A DNA stretch of 64,000 bases from a virus. The stretch lies in the IMG/VR virus record IMGVR_UViG_3300025646_005482, positions 32,001 through 96,000 of that record. One strand, written 5' to 3'. Below, piece by piece: positions 46,386 to 55,682 of this stretch. Position 1 is the stretch's first letter, and every line of letters starts with the position of its first letter. Under the pieces are notes generated by a model, which worked only from the letters and a program-made list of their open reading frames with translations, was not told the DNA's origin and did no database searches. Made by a program: the position numbers and the translations under genes.

Positions 46386-47297
46386 ATGGATTTTGCAAGT
46401 CTAAAATCAAACCGTAAGTCGTCATTCGACAAACTTACAGCAGCCGCTGAGAAAGTAGCCGGCAATCAATCACAAAGCAACGGCCCAGACGAACGCTTTT
46501 GGAAACCCACAGTCGACACAGCAGGTAATGGTTCTGCCATTATCCGATTCTTGCCTGCACCCTCAGGTGAAGATGTGCCTTTCGTCAGATATTGGGACCA
46601 TGGCTTCCAAGGCCCTGGTGGTTGGTACATTGAGAAGTCACTGACTTCTATCGGCCTCGACGATCCTGTCGGTGAATACAACTCTAAGTTGTGGAACTCT
46701 GGTCTTGAGTCTGACAAAGAGATCGCACGTAAGCAGAAGCGTCGTCTTCACTATGTGTCTAATATCTTGGTCGTCTCTGATCCTGCCAATCCTCAGAACG
46801 AAGGCAAAGTCTTCCTCTATGAGTATGGCAAGAAGATCTTTGACAAGATCAATGACCTCATGCATCCCGCCTTCGAAGACGAGGCAGCAGTCAACCCATT
46901 TGATCTGTGGGAAGGTGCCAACTTCCGCCTGCGCATTCGCAAGGTAGAAGGTTATCGTAATTACGACAAGTCAGCATTCGACTCTCCGTCTGCTCTGTCT
47001 AACGATGACAGCGAGCTTGAAACCATTTGGAAACAGGAACATGGTCTTGCCGAGTTCCTCGATCAGAAGAACTTCAAGTCGTACGAAGAGCTTCAGCAGA
47101 AGTTGATGCGTGTACTTGGTGGGTTGCAGCCTGATAGTGTAGCAGAAGATGTACCTAATGCATCACCTGCTGCGCCTGAAGTGGCTCCAGCGTGGACACC
47201 TCCAGCAGCTACAGCAGAACCTGAACCAGCAAAGGAAACAGTCTTCGACGACGATGATGAGTCACTGGATTTCTTTAGGAAGCTTGCTAACGAATAA
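46386..47297 (+). CDS. 32: Single-stranded DNA-binding protein gp32
   Basis: DERFWKP, IRFLP, HGFQGPGGWYIE, GKKIFDKI, NYDKS, acidic tail. Confidence 0.97.
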   Translation: MDFASLKSNRKSSFDKLTAAAEKVAGNQSQSNGPDERFWKPTVDTAGNGSAIIRFLPAPSGEDVPFVRYWDHGFQGPGGWYIEKSLTSIGLDDPVGEYNSKLWNSGLESDKEIARKQKRRLHYVSNILVVSDPANPQNEGKVFLYEYGKKIFDKINDLMHPAFEDEAAVNPFDLWEGANFRLRIRKVEGYRNYDKSAFDSPSALSNDDSELETIWKQEHGLAEFLDQKNFKSYEELQQKLMRVLGGLQPDSVAEDVPNASPAAPEVAPAWTPPAATAEPEPAKETVFDDDDESLDFFRKLANE

Positions 47298-47311
47298 AGC
47301 TTGGGAAGCTT

Positions 47312-47374
47312 AGGGTCGTAGATCTTCAAAAGCGCGAGTCATGCAGTAGCGCGCGGGTCTACGGCCCTTTTTTT
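47312..47374. terminator. Long-stem terminator between convergent genes
   Basis: AGGGTCGTAGATC/GGTCTACGGCCCT followed by T7. Confidence 0.75.
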
Positions 47375-49793
47375 ATGTCTGCATTTTGATCCTGACAAAT
47401 GGATCGATTGACATATAGTTAGGTCGAGCACCATCTAAACCTGATTTAGCTTGTGTACCCGCTGGAATAGGTGTTTCTTTCATTGCTTGACCTTGCCTTA
47501 TGATAGGCATAAGAGTAGCTTTGATAGCTTGATCTACAGTTTCATCAACTACTGAATCGATATTTTCTTGTAAACCTGCTAATTTTTCATTAATTGGTTT
47601 TTCTACATTTTCGGCAACTATATTAGCTACATCTTGTTGTATAGCGCCGGGTACTTGTTCTAAAATTTCACTGATAGGTACTACTTCACCCACATCAGGT
47701 AATTGTAAAGTTTCTTGTGCGGCTTCTTTCAAATCACGAATACTTATACCGCCAGGTATTGCATCTTCCATTCTTATGGAATTTTCTTTCATGCGTTTAA
47801 GTGCTTCTGAGCCAGAAATTTTACCTTCTCGTAAGTCTTTGTATATTTGAGCACTTTCGCGAGTATAAAACTTAGTGTCTTCGTAGCTGGTTGATTCTGC
47901 GTCTTCTCCTGTAATACCATCAGTTGAAGTTGGTGTTTCAGCAATTTCAGCAGTAATACCATCTGTAGCTGGTTGTTCCATGACATCTTCACCAGTAATA
48001 CCATCTGTATTTGTTGGAACCTCTACTATCGGATCTTCTTCTACCGGCTCTTCAGCTAGTTTTTTAGCTACAGTGTTTTCAGTAATAGTATCCATAATAT
48101 TATTTAATCCTTCCATACCTACTGCACTAAATACTGCTTCACTTAATGGTGTTCCATGTGTTTCTTGGTATCTTTCTCCTAGATCCAGCCACTCGTCGTA
48201 TATCATATCTTTGAAAGCAGCTTTAATATCTGATTCTGATTCTGCAACGTCAAACATTCCTTCGCCCAATATATCAGCGAACTTATCTACATCAGCCATA
48301 CCGCTATATTTTTCTTCCATTTCTTCATCAGATGTGGCTTCTACATCTTCTAAATCAACATCGCCACCACCAAACATCATCTCGCCCAATTTTTCATCAA
48401 TTTCGGTATTGTCTGCAATTAGCTTTCCTGCCATATATCCGACACCAGCTGCGGCAGTAACACCTGCAGCAACTGCTAAAACTGGTGCGGCAGCAACTAA
48501 TAATGCTGGAGCAGCAACACCCATTGCAGTCGCGGCCGCTACACCGCCTGATGCTGCTAATCCTGCAACACCAGTAATAGTAGAAGCTGTCAATAGAGCG
48601 CCTGACACACCTTCTTCAGACGCAGCAATAGCTTGATCTAATAGACCCACTTCTTCTTCAGCTACAGGTTCTTCTTCAGATCCGTCGTCTACACCATCGT
48701 CATCAGGAGGATCGAGACCCAACTCTCGCATTTGATCATCGGTAAGATATTCACCTTCTTGTGCATCTTCTAAAGATGAAGCATATTGCTTATCGTCTGT
48801 TGGATCTGCTGCGCCTTCTTCTTCTTGTATTTCTGGTTCTTCTTCATCATCTGTAAGCCACGCACCTACATCATCTGCAAATAATGCTATAGCGCCCATC
48901 GTAGCGACGTTCATTGCTCTCGTAAGGAAACCTGCTGTTTTAGCAGTGACATAACCAGCGGCTAAACCAGCTCCTAACATCACAGCACCAGTAATAGGAC
49001 CTCTTTTCTTTTCTTGGTCATTTTCGTCGCGACGTCTTTCATTAGCTCTGTTAGTAGCTAAATTTAAACCAATAGCATCTTTCAGAGCCTTTTTAATTAG
49101 ATTTAAATTAGCATTTGTAATTACTAATTGTTTATTGAGTTCGTCAGTTTGACCTCTCAAAGCATCAGTAATTTTAAACAGTTGACCAATTTCAGCTATT
49201 CGTGATGGTATAATAGTACCCGATTGAATAAATGGGTATCCGCCTTCTTCATCAAGCTCAATGTCTTCAACTGCTGTAACTTTAATTAGAGACGATGCTC
49301 TCTCTTCTTCAGGCAATTCAATTCTTGGTATTGAAACTGCAAGAGCCTGTGGCATCCATGATAGATCAATAGTTTTATCTAATATTTCGGCAGGTGTTTT
49401 CTGAGGTGGTTCGGCAGTTCCAGGCGCACCGACTGGTGTGTTTGGTGGGTCTTCACTACCACCTAACATAGAACCAATTAAGCCGCCGACACCACCTGTT
49501 CCAAGCATTCCTTTTAGTTTGCCTTTAAAACCTGTGGTACCGCTTTTGACTTTTGCGTTTTTCTTTATTCGTTTTGCTTCACGCTGTTGTCTCAGCTGTT
49601 TGGCCTGATTTTTTCGAGCTTTAATTTCTTTTGGTGATCTTTGAGCAGGCGGTTTTCCTTTTGAACTTTTTACTAGTTCTTTTTGTTTTTTAGCTTTTTT
49701 CTTTGCAACAGTTTTTGCGCCCTTCTTGGCACCGAGCGTCACAAGACTTTTTGCCGCTTTTAGTATTCCGCCTACGACTGCTCCTGCACCCAT
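47373..49793 (-). CDS. Probable tape-measure-like (gp29-position) protein
   Basis: 806 aa; directly after gp51; coiled coil, Ala/Gly hydrophobic segments, acidic tracts. Confidence 0.55.
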   Translation of the reverse strand: MGAGAVVGGILKAAKSLVTLGAKKGAKTVAKKKAKKQKELVKSSKGKPPAQRSPKEIKARKNQAKQLRQQREAKRIKKNAKVKSGTTGFKGKLKGMLGTGGVGGLIGSMLGGSEDPPNTPVGAPGTAEPPQKTPAEILDKTIDLSWMPQALAVSIPRIELPEEERASSLIKVTAVEDIELDEEGGYPFIQSGTIIPSRIAEIGQLFKITDALRGQTDELNKQLVITNANLNLIKKALKDAIGLNLATNRANERRRDENDQEKKRGPITGAVMLGAGLAAGYVTAKTAGFLTRAMNVATMGAIALFADDVGAWLTDDEEEPEIQEEEGAADPTDDKQYASSLEDAQEGEYLTDDQMRELGLDPPDDDGVDDGSEEEPVAEEEVGLLDQAIAASEEGVSGALLTASTITGVAGLAASGGVAAATAMGVAAPALLVAAAPVLAVAAGVTAAAGVGYMAGKLIADNTEIDEKLGEMMFGGGDVDLEDVEATSDEEMEEKYSGMADVDKFADILGEGMFDVAESESDIKAAFKDMIYDEWLDLGERYQETHGTPLSEAVFSAVGMEGLNNIMDTITENTVAKKLAEEPVEEDPIVEVPTNTDGITGEDVMEQPATDGITAEIAETPTSTDGITGEDAESTSYEDTKFYTRESAQIYKDLREGKISGSEALKRMKENSIRMEDAIPGGISIRDLKEAAQETLQLPDVGEVVPISEILEQVPGAIQQDVANIVAENVEKPINEKLAGLQENIDSVVDETVDQAIKATLMPIIRQGQAMKETPIPAGTQAKSGLDGARPNYMSIDPFVRIKMQT

Positions 49794-49993
49794 TATAGAT
49801 CGCCTATCTCTACTTGATTTTTATTCTTTTTCTTTTCTATCTTTTCTTTAATCAAATCTACCCATACCTCTCTTTCGAAAGGTATCATATTCTCTATTTC
49901 AGGTATCGTAATCGGGTGGAACTGAGTCAAATTAAACGTGAGTTTGTAGTGAGAGTATAAATCGAGATAACTCAGCCCAATATAAAAAAATCG
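49793..49993 (-). CDS. 51: gp51-like baseplate hub assembly domain with no good independent start (probable frameshift product)
   Basis: LYSHYKLTFNLTQFHPITIPEIENMIPFEREVWVDLI; -1 frame opens at 49993 across a T7 run. Confidence 0.75.
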   Translation of the reverse strand, partial: RFFYIGLSYLDLYSHYKLTFNLTQFHPITIPEIENMIPFEREVWVDLIKEKIEKKKNKNQVEIGDL

Positions 49994-50685
49994 TTAAGAT
50001 TCCTGAATACTACCTTCTTATTTTTATTATTGCTATTTGTATAGTTAACAACATGTTCAATCTTGGGCATATTATCAAAGAATTTGCCGATTGTCTTATA
50101 ATGTTCAACTGGTAGCATTTCTAAAAATGTATCTTGTTCTACTTTTGATTCTTGATCCCAAGCATAAACATCATCTTCATCAAATACAGCATCGATACAT
50201 GCTTTTATCAGTTCGTACGTAATTTCAGTAATGTCTTCCAAATTTTTAATTTTTTCTGAGACAGCAGGAGTTGGATACTTCATCATCAATCCAATTCCTC
50301 CATCTAATTCAATCTTGTTATTATGATTCTCGTCGGGCATCTTCATCTCTACATCATTTAAATCAAGAGATAGTTTATATTCAATTCCATCGTCACTATC
50401 AACTACCTTAAAATTAATAATATTACCCACAGACACAGATCTAATCTTAATGAACAACCATTCGAGATCAAATGTTGCGCATTTGTCGATGTCAAATGCA
50501 TCCATCACAATACAATTATTAATCACTGTTCTAATTGCATTGTATACTTCGTTTACTTCTCCCGTTTCTTTTGCTAACAATAAGATTTTTTCTTCTTTAA
50601 CAAGGAAAGGTCTATAATAAATTGGTTTGCCAGTTGACGGCAGAGTAGTCTGAAAAGTGGGACTACTGATTTTTGGTAAAGCCAT
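49972..50685 (-). CDS. 26: Baseplate hub assembly protein gp26-like
   Basis: MALPKI..P, YRPFLVKEEKILL, FDLEWLFIKIRSVSVG, MKYP, FFDNMPK. Confidence 0.9.
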   Translation of the reverse strand: MALPKISSPTFQTTLPSTGKPIYYRPFLVKEEKILLLAKETGEVNEVYNAIRTVINNCIVMDAFDIDKCATFDLEWLFIKIRSVSVGNIINFKVVDSDDGIEYKLSLDLNDVEMKMPDENHNNKIELDGGIGLMMKYPTPAVSEKIKNLEDITEITYELIKACIDAVFDEDDVYAWDQESKVEQDTFLEMLPVEHYKTIGKFFDNMPKIEHVVNYTNSNNKNKKVVFRNLNDFFILG

Positions 50686-50697
50686 TATGAAACTCCA

Positions 50698-51219
50698 TTA
50701 CGATACTGTAAATCGTGTAAACCTATAATTAACTGAAAATTTAGCTATCTCATCGTGTTGACCCCATCCTAATTGTATTGGTTCTACAACAATAGGAAAG
50801 GCTTCGATGAATTTTATTGTTTTGACTTTGGTTTTGTTATGTCTTTTATAAACATTTAAATCCATGTCGACAACATAATCAAAGAGAAACTTAGCTGAGA
50901 ATGCATCTGCGCCATCTAAGTCAACAATTTTATTTGCCCAATTTCTATATGTCTGATATATCTCAGCTTCTTCATCAACCGTATGCATCATACTCACTTC
51001 TTGAGGATTATACTTATACGGGATATTATAGATTAATCCATTTCCATACGGAGAAAAATTATCTACAGAAGAAAATGCGATACCAGGCATCGACGCAGTT
51101 TCTGTTCTAATTAAAATTTGATCGCCATTACCACCTGGAGGTGTAACGACCAATTCGTACATGCTCGCTGGCAAACTATCTTTTGTTTGTGATTTCCATG
51201 CGTCAATTGATAATGACAT
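50698..51219 (-). CDS. Tail-tube-fold protein (gp19/gp54 family)
   Basis: ASMPG...PY...W...EAFPIVVEPIQL.W...FSVNYRF. Confidence 0.75.
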   Translation of the reverse strand: MSLSIDAWKSQTKDSLPASMYELVVTPPGGNGDQILIRTETASMPGIAFSSVDNFSPYGNGLIYNIPYKYNPQEVSMMHTVDEEAEIYQTYRNWANKIVDLDGADAFSAKFLFDYVVDMDLNVYKRHNKTKVKTIKFIEAFPIVVEPIQLGWGQHDEIAKFSVNYRFTRFTVS

Positions 51220-51220
51220 T

Positions 51221-51823
51221 TTACGATCTCTGAATTAGTTGTTTAGAATCTTTCCAGACAACTGCTTGTTGTCTCTTTCTAAATCTCTGTGTTGGTAACA
51301 TGAGTGCGATGTCCCAATCATCGTATGGTATCCACAGATATCGTGATCTTACTTGATTAAATAAGTATCGTTTTACGGTGGGCCTAAAGTATTTATATTT
51401 GGCGGCAGAGTTCAAAAATCCATAGCTCAATCTTAATTTCTTTGATTCTCTCAGATTGTCTTGTCTTTGTATAGTATACAATCTATCCATCAGTCTAGCA
51501 CGAAATAGAGGAGGTAGATAGTGCAGATTCATTCCTAAAAATCCATCTTTATATCTCTCAAGAACAAATATTAATGGAAACATATCATAGTACGGTAAAG
51601 TTTCTTTATGTTTAGGATCATACATAAACATATACATACGGCCGACATCGAGATTCACTAATTTATTATATGTTCTGGCTCTATTCTTTAGCTCTCGTCT
51701 CGTATTCACGGCTTTGATAGAGGAAGCCTTATCACGATACCAATCACGTGCTTCTTCTGTGCCAGCCTCTACACCTTCTGCTCTACCTTCATCAGCTATC
51801 TTTTGAAAGATATATGTTGCCAT
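51221..51823 (-). CDS. 2: DNA end protector gp2
   Basis: MYMFMYDPKHKETLPYYDMFPL, GMNLHYLPP, VKRYL. Confidence 0.93.
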   Translation of the reverse strand: MATYIFQKIADEGRAEGVEAGTEEARDWYRDKASSIKAVNTRRELKNRARTYNKLVNLDVGRMYMFMYDPKHKETLPYYDMFPLIFVLERYKDGFLGMNLHYLPPLFRARLMDRLYTIQRQDNLRESKKLRLSYGFLNSAAKYKYFRPTVKRYLFNQVRSRYLWIPYDDWDIALMLPTQRFRKRQQAVVWKDSKQLIQRS

Positions 51824-52269
51824 TAGAATTTTAATCCTAGTTCGTTTTCTGTGAGGATGACAAAATCCCAACCTCGTTCTTTACAATATTTATTTGCTGC
51901 AGTCCATTTCGAAGAATTTATACCCCACGTCTTCACTTCATATAAATACTTCTTAGTAAGTTTATTTTGCGCAGTTGGCTCTACGGTTTCTTTGTGAGGT
52001 TTGATCTCAACTACCACCGTATCAGTTTTACCGTCGCGATTGATCTTCTTGACCCAAAAATCTGGAAAGTATCGATGTACTCGTCCGTCTATCGGTGACC
52101 TATATGGAATGATTAGCTCTTCACTTGCCCATTCTAAAACACCTTTTTCGGAATCGAGATAACGCATAAAGAATAGCTCCCATCTACTTCTATAAATAAT
52201 GTTGGTGGGATCACCTCGATACTTACTCGGATTTTTAGGTTTAAAGACACCTTTATAAGTCTTAGCCAT
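51823..52269 (-). CDS. 4: Head completion nuclease gp4
   Basis: KYRGDPTNIIYRSRWE, WASEE, HRYFPDF, EIKP, N..KW. Confidence 0.95.
   Translation of the reverse strand: MAKTYKGVFKPKNPSKYRGDPTNIIYRSRWELFFMRYLDSEKGVLEWASEELIIPYRSPIDGRVHRYFPDFWVKKINRDGKTDTVVVEIKPHKETVEPTAQNKLTKKYLYEVKTWGINSSKWTAANKYCKERGWDFVILTENELGLKF
52191..52198 (+). promoter_or_regulatory. Late promoter inside gene 4 driving the baseplate operon
   Basis: TATAAATA about 95 nt upstream of the gp48 start. Confidence 0.7.
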
Positions 52270-52274
52270 TAAAC

Positions 52275-52282
52275 TATTTATA
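52275..52282 (-). promoter_or_regulatory. Late promoter for the 4-2-tube-26-51 operon
   Basis: TATTTATA on the plus strand. Confidence 0.75.
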
Positions 52283-52291
52283 GGATTTCTC

Positions 52292-53527
52292 ATGGCAGAA
52301 AAAACAGCAGTCGACGGAGTAGGACCGGTCGCATCACAATTAAAGGAAACTTTTAGTTCTCTTGAGCGTGCTCAGCTGAGCGCTATCAAAAATATGGGAG
52401 GAGGAGCAGTTAATCCTCGTCCTGGTACTGGAGGATCTGATGTTAGTGGTATTGTGACACGAATTAATCCTACACAAAAATCTGCAATGGAAATAGGAGC
52501 AAACTTAGCTGCAAAACTAGAAAGATCAGGTGCTGTTTTGCGCGCAGCTTCGGGTGAAATAAGCGCACAAATAAATTCGACAGTACAAGATAAATTACCA
52601 TTAGCACGAAGATATCCTAAACAAATCCCAGATCTTTCTAATGTCAAAAACAGAGTACCAGATCCTTACGGTACTAGTGTCGAAGAAAGAATTAAAACAC
52701 AAAAAGAAAGTATTTTAGGTGAAGAAGATTTCCAGTACGAAGGTTTAGCTTATCCTCCAGATCTTGGTGAAAATACAGCTAAAGCTTGGATTGAATTGGA
52801 ATTTATGACATATACTCGTGGATCGCCATTCGGTAAAGGACAGATTAACGGTGGTACAGTTATCAAGCTTCCTCTGCCTGAAAATTTAAATGTTTATCAC
52901 TCTATTAGATACGAAGAAAGAGATACTGGTACACTTGGTGCACTTGCTCAAAAAGATTCTGCTAGAATTGTAGCGTCTAATGCAACAGCTGAAGCAAATA
53001 AAAAATTCGAAGATATGCAAATGAAAAATTTGATTTCAGGATTAAGTGGCAGCGATTTGCTCAAAGATGCAGCAGAAGTGGCTGGTTATGCTGCGTATTC
53101 TAAACTTGTTGAATCAGAGCCAGTACTAGGTGGTTTAGCAGGTCAAATATCAGGTGTAATTCCAAATCCACACCCAACAGTATTTTTTAAGGGTGTTGAT
53201 CTAAGACAGTTTGAATGGACTTGGCACTTTGTTCCTCGTTCTGCAGCTGAAGCTGCGAGATTAAAACAAATTATAGTAATGATCAAATCAAAGATACTAC
53301 CTAAAAATGGTGGTAACTTTATGGATTACCCAGATTTGATTCAGCCGAGAGTAATTCCAGAAGATCAAGCGTGGGGTAAATTTAGAAGATGTGCTGTTAA
53401 AAACTTTAGTATTAACTTTACTGGCGAAGGTACATCAGCCTTTTTCGTCAATGGTGCACCTGTTTCAGTCAGATGTCAAATGTCTTTCCAAGAAATTGAA
53501 GCATTTATAAATCAATCTGAGGGATAA
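52292..53527 (+). CDS. 48: Baseplate tail-tube cap gp48
   Basis: LAYPPD, LPLP, NPH..VFFKGVDLRQFEWTWHFVPRSAAEA, FQEIE. Confidence 0.85.
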   Translation: MAEKTAVDGVGPVASQLKETFSSLERAQLSAIKNMGGGAVNPRPGTGGSDVSGIVTRINPTQKSAMEIGANLAAKLERSGAVLRAASGEISAQINSTVQDKLPLARRYPKQIPDLSNVKNRVPDPYGTSVEERIKTQKESILGEEDFQYEGLAYPPDLGENTAKAWIELEFMTYTRGSPFGKGQINGGTVIKLPLPENLNVYHSIRYEERDTGTLGALAQKDSARIVASNATAEANKKFEDMQMKNLISGLSGSDLLKDAAEVAGYAAYSKLVESEPVLGGLAGQISGVIPNPHPTVFFKGVDLRQFEWTWHFVPRSAAEAARLKQIIVMIKSKILPKNGGNFMDYPDLIQPRVIPEDQAWGKFRRCAVKNFSINFTGEGTSAFFVNGAPVSVRCQMSFQEIEAFINQSEG

Positions 53528-53529
53528 TA

Positions 53530-54396
53530 ATGTCAGATAGAACACAATACTTTAAAAAATTCCCGCTGACCATCTATAACGATGTACCCGCTATTAATAT
53601 CTTACGACGTGTAGATTTTAATACTAAAGTGAGGGATTTCTTTACAGCTTTTTATAGTTTTACAGTTAAATCAGGCGAAAGACTAGAAACTGTTGCTTTC
53701 GATTATTATGATGATCAAGATTTGGATTGGTTAATCTATCATACAAACGATATCATGGATCCGTATCATGATGTAGTACTCGATTTTGAAGATTTCGAAG
53801 AGACAATAAAGAAAAAATATGGCAGTATACGTCTAGCTAAATTAAAGACTTTTTGTTATCGCAACAATTATAGAGGCGATATACAAATGTTAACTAGCGA
53901 CGGGTACTCAGCTCTTGATGGAGACGTAAAGAAATATTGGAAACCACAATTTGCTCTCGGCCAGATATCAGGTTATGATAGAAACGAAGATGATATGTTT
54001 GCTTCTACTAATCGTATCATATCTTTTTCGTTTTCAGCTACAGTAGAAAATACTTTTACTAAGAATGAAATAGTAACTAATAACAAAGGCGGTATGGCGC
54101 AGGTTGCGACTAGCAATACTTCTTATGTTACGTTGCAACACATCGAAGGAGATTGGGCAAGTTACACGACAAATTTTGATGTGACTGGTGATGAATCAGG
54201 ACGAGTCATTAATTTCGATCATGCGACTTATAAACTTATTCAACATGTAATACCAGAAGCCGAAGCAATTTATTTTGAAAAATATAGTTTCTATGATTAT
54301 GAAACAGAAAAGAACGATGCATTACGTAATATTTCTCTGATAGATAAAGCCTACGCAGAAGAAATTAATCTACAACTCGATGGTTTAATGAAGTAA
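53530..54396 (+). CDS. 53: Baseplate wedge gp53
   Basis: YFKKFP..Y, GERLETVAFDYY....WLI...N, YDYE..KND. Confidence 0.88.
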   Translation: MSDRTQYFKKFPLTIYNDVPAINILRRVDFNTKVRDFFTAFYSFTVKSGERLETVAFDYYDDQDLDWLIYHTNDIMDPYHDVVLDFEDFEETIKKKYGSIRLAKLKTFCYRNNYRGDIQMLTSDGYSALDGDVKKYWKPQFALGQISGYDRNEDDMFASTNRIISFSFSATVENTFTKNEIVTNNKGGMAQVATSNTSYVTLQHIEGDWASYTTNFDVTGDESGRVINFDHATYKLIQHVIPEAEAIYFEKYSFYDYETEKNDALRNISLIDKAYAEEINLQLDGLMK

Positions 54397-55671
54397 ATGA
54401 AAGCTAAAGACGCTGGTGAGGTAATCATATCGGGTGAAAAGATATCGCTGAAAAAGTTTTCAGGCGGTGGAAATCTGAATATACACAACCTTGTCCAAAG
54501 AATGGAATTGGTTGAATCACTCGATACACATACTATTACTGCTGATTTTTATATCGCTGAAGGTATTGATTTACCTAATGAATATCCCATGGGTGGTGAA
54601 GAATTAGTAGAATTAGGAATACAAACTCCTGGAAAAGGAGTGTGTAATTATAAGTTCTTTATTGAAAGTATCAAAGCAATGACTACGAACGATGAATCTA
54701 ATATGCGTTCTTATTTGTTGCGTTGTACTACAAAAGATTTTCTAAAAAATAGTTGTACAGTATACACAAAGAGATATAAAGATAAACCATATGATGCGGC
54801 TTTACGTGAAGTCATTAATACGGATCTTGGTGCACAAGAACCATTAATGACAGTAGAGGCTACGAAAGGTAAGTTTGATTATGTTGTCAATCAAAAACGA
54901 CCTTTTCAGGTAGTAGATTTGATAAAAGAAAGAGCCGTCTCAGCCGAAGGAAATAAGTCTTCTATTTTTACATTCTATCAAGATGCTGATGGATACCACT
55001 TTACAACTATTGAGAAATTAATTACAGAACGAAAAGGTGGTGCAGAAAGTAAAACTTTTGTAGCTGACACATCTAATAAAATAGCCAATTATGAAGAAGT
55101 TATTAACGTTAGAAATATTCTAGCATACGAAACAGTTACGCAAGGATCATCAGTAGATAAAGTATTAGACGGTGCACAATATACGCAGATACGAGAATTT
55201 GATTTACATCGTGGTTCTTATTATGATATGCAAGAGTATATAAATCCAGCTCACCATGGCGCATTTAAAAAGACAGACGCGTCTAACGATTTTCATAGTG
55301 GTGATTATAATGGTTTTACTACAAAATTGCCTGGTGTAACTCGTATGGCATTTAAAGATGATACACGGCCCGAAATGGAACACAATAAAAACATTCATTG
55401 GGCCCGTGGTTTTATACCGAGGATGAATCAATACGGTGTAAGATTTAGAACGTATGGTGATACTGATATGAGAGTGGGAGATATTATAAAATTAAAGCTG
55501 CCTATTATATCAGGTACCACTGGATCTCGACCACAGAATAAAATATTTTCACAGAATTATATTGTGACTAATTTAAAACATGTTTTGCAAAAAACAGATC
55601 AAGGTAGATTCGAACACTTTTTGGTAATGGAAGTGGCCAAGCCAAATCAATATGGCAGACCGCTTGGATAA
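54397..55671 (+). CDS. Baseplate hub protein (gp27-like)
   Basis: Lies between 53 and 5; P..GEE.V, FYQD..GYHF, GD....GD.I, Y.VT.LKH. Confidence 0.7.
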   Translation: MKAKDAGEVIISGEKISLKKFSGGGNLNIHNLVQRMELVESLDTHTITADFYIAEGIDLPNEYPMGGEELVELGIQTPGKGVCNYKFFIESIKAMTTNDESNMRSYLLRCTTKDFLKNSCTVYTKRYKDKPYDAALREVINTDLGAQEPLMTVEATKGKFDYVVNQKRPFQVVDLIKERAVSAEGNKSSIFTFYQDADGYHFTTIEKLITERKGGAESKTFVADTSNKIANYEEVINVRNILAYETVTQGSSVDKVLDGAQYTQIREFDLHRGSYYDMQEYINPAHHGAFKKTDASNDFHSGDYNGFTTKLPGVTRMAFKDDTRPEMEHNKNIHWARGFIPRMNQYGVRFRTYGDTDMRVGDIIKLKLPIISGTTGSRPQNKIFSQNYIVTNLKHVLQKTDQGRFEHFLVMEVAKPNQYGRPLG

Positions 55672-55682
55672 TGGAGAAATAA

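Noticed and set aside
47980-48636. 218-aa plus-strand ORF and other long antisense ORFs (e.g. 41187-41732, 20954-21439, 42848-43267)
   Set aside because: Shadows of low-complexity or codon-biased genes on the opposite strand; no RBS or recognisable motifs.
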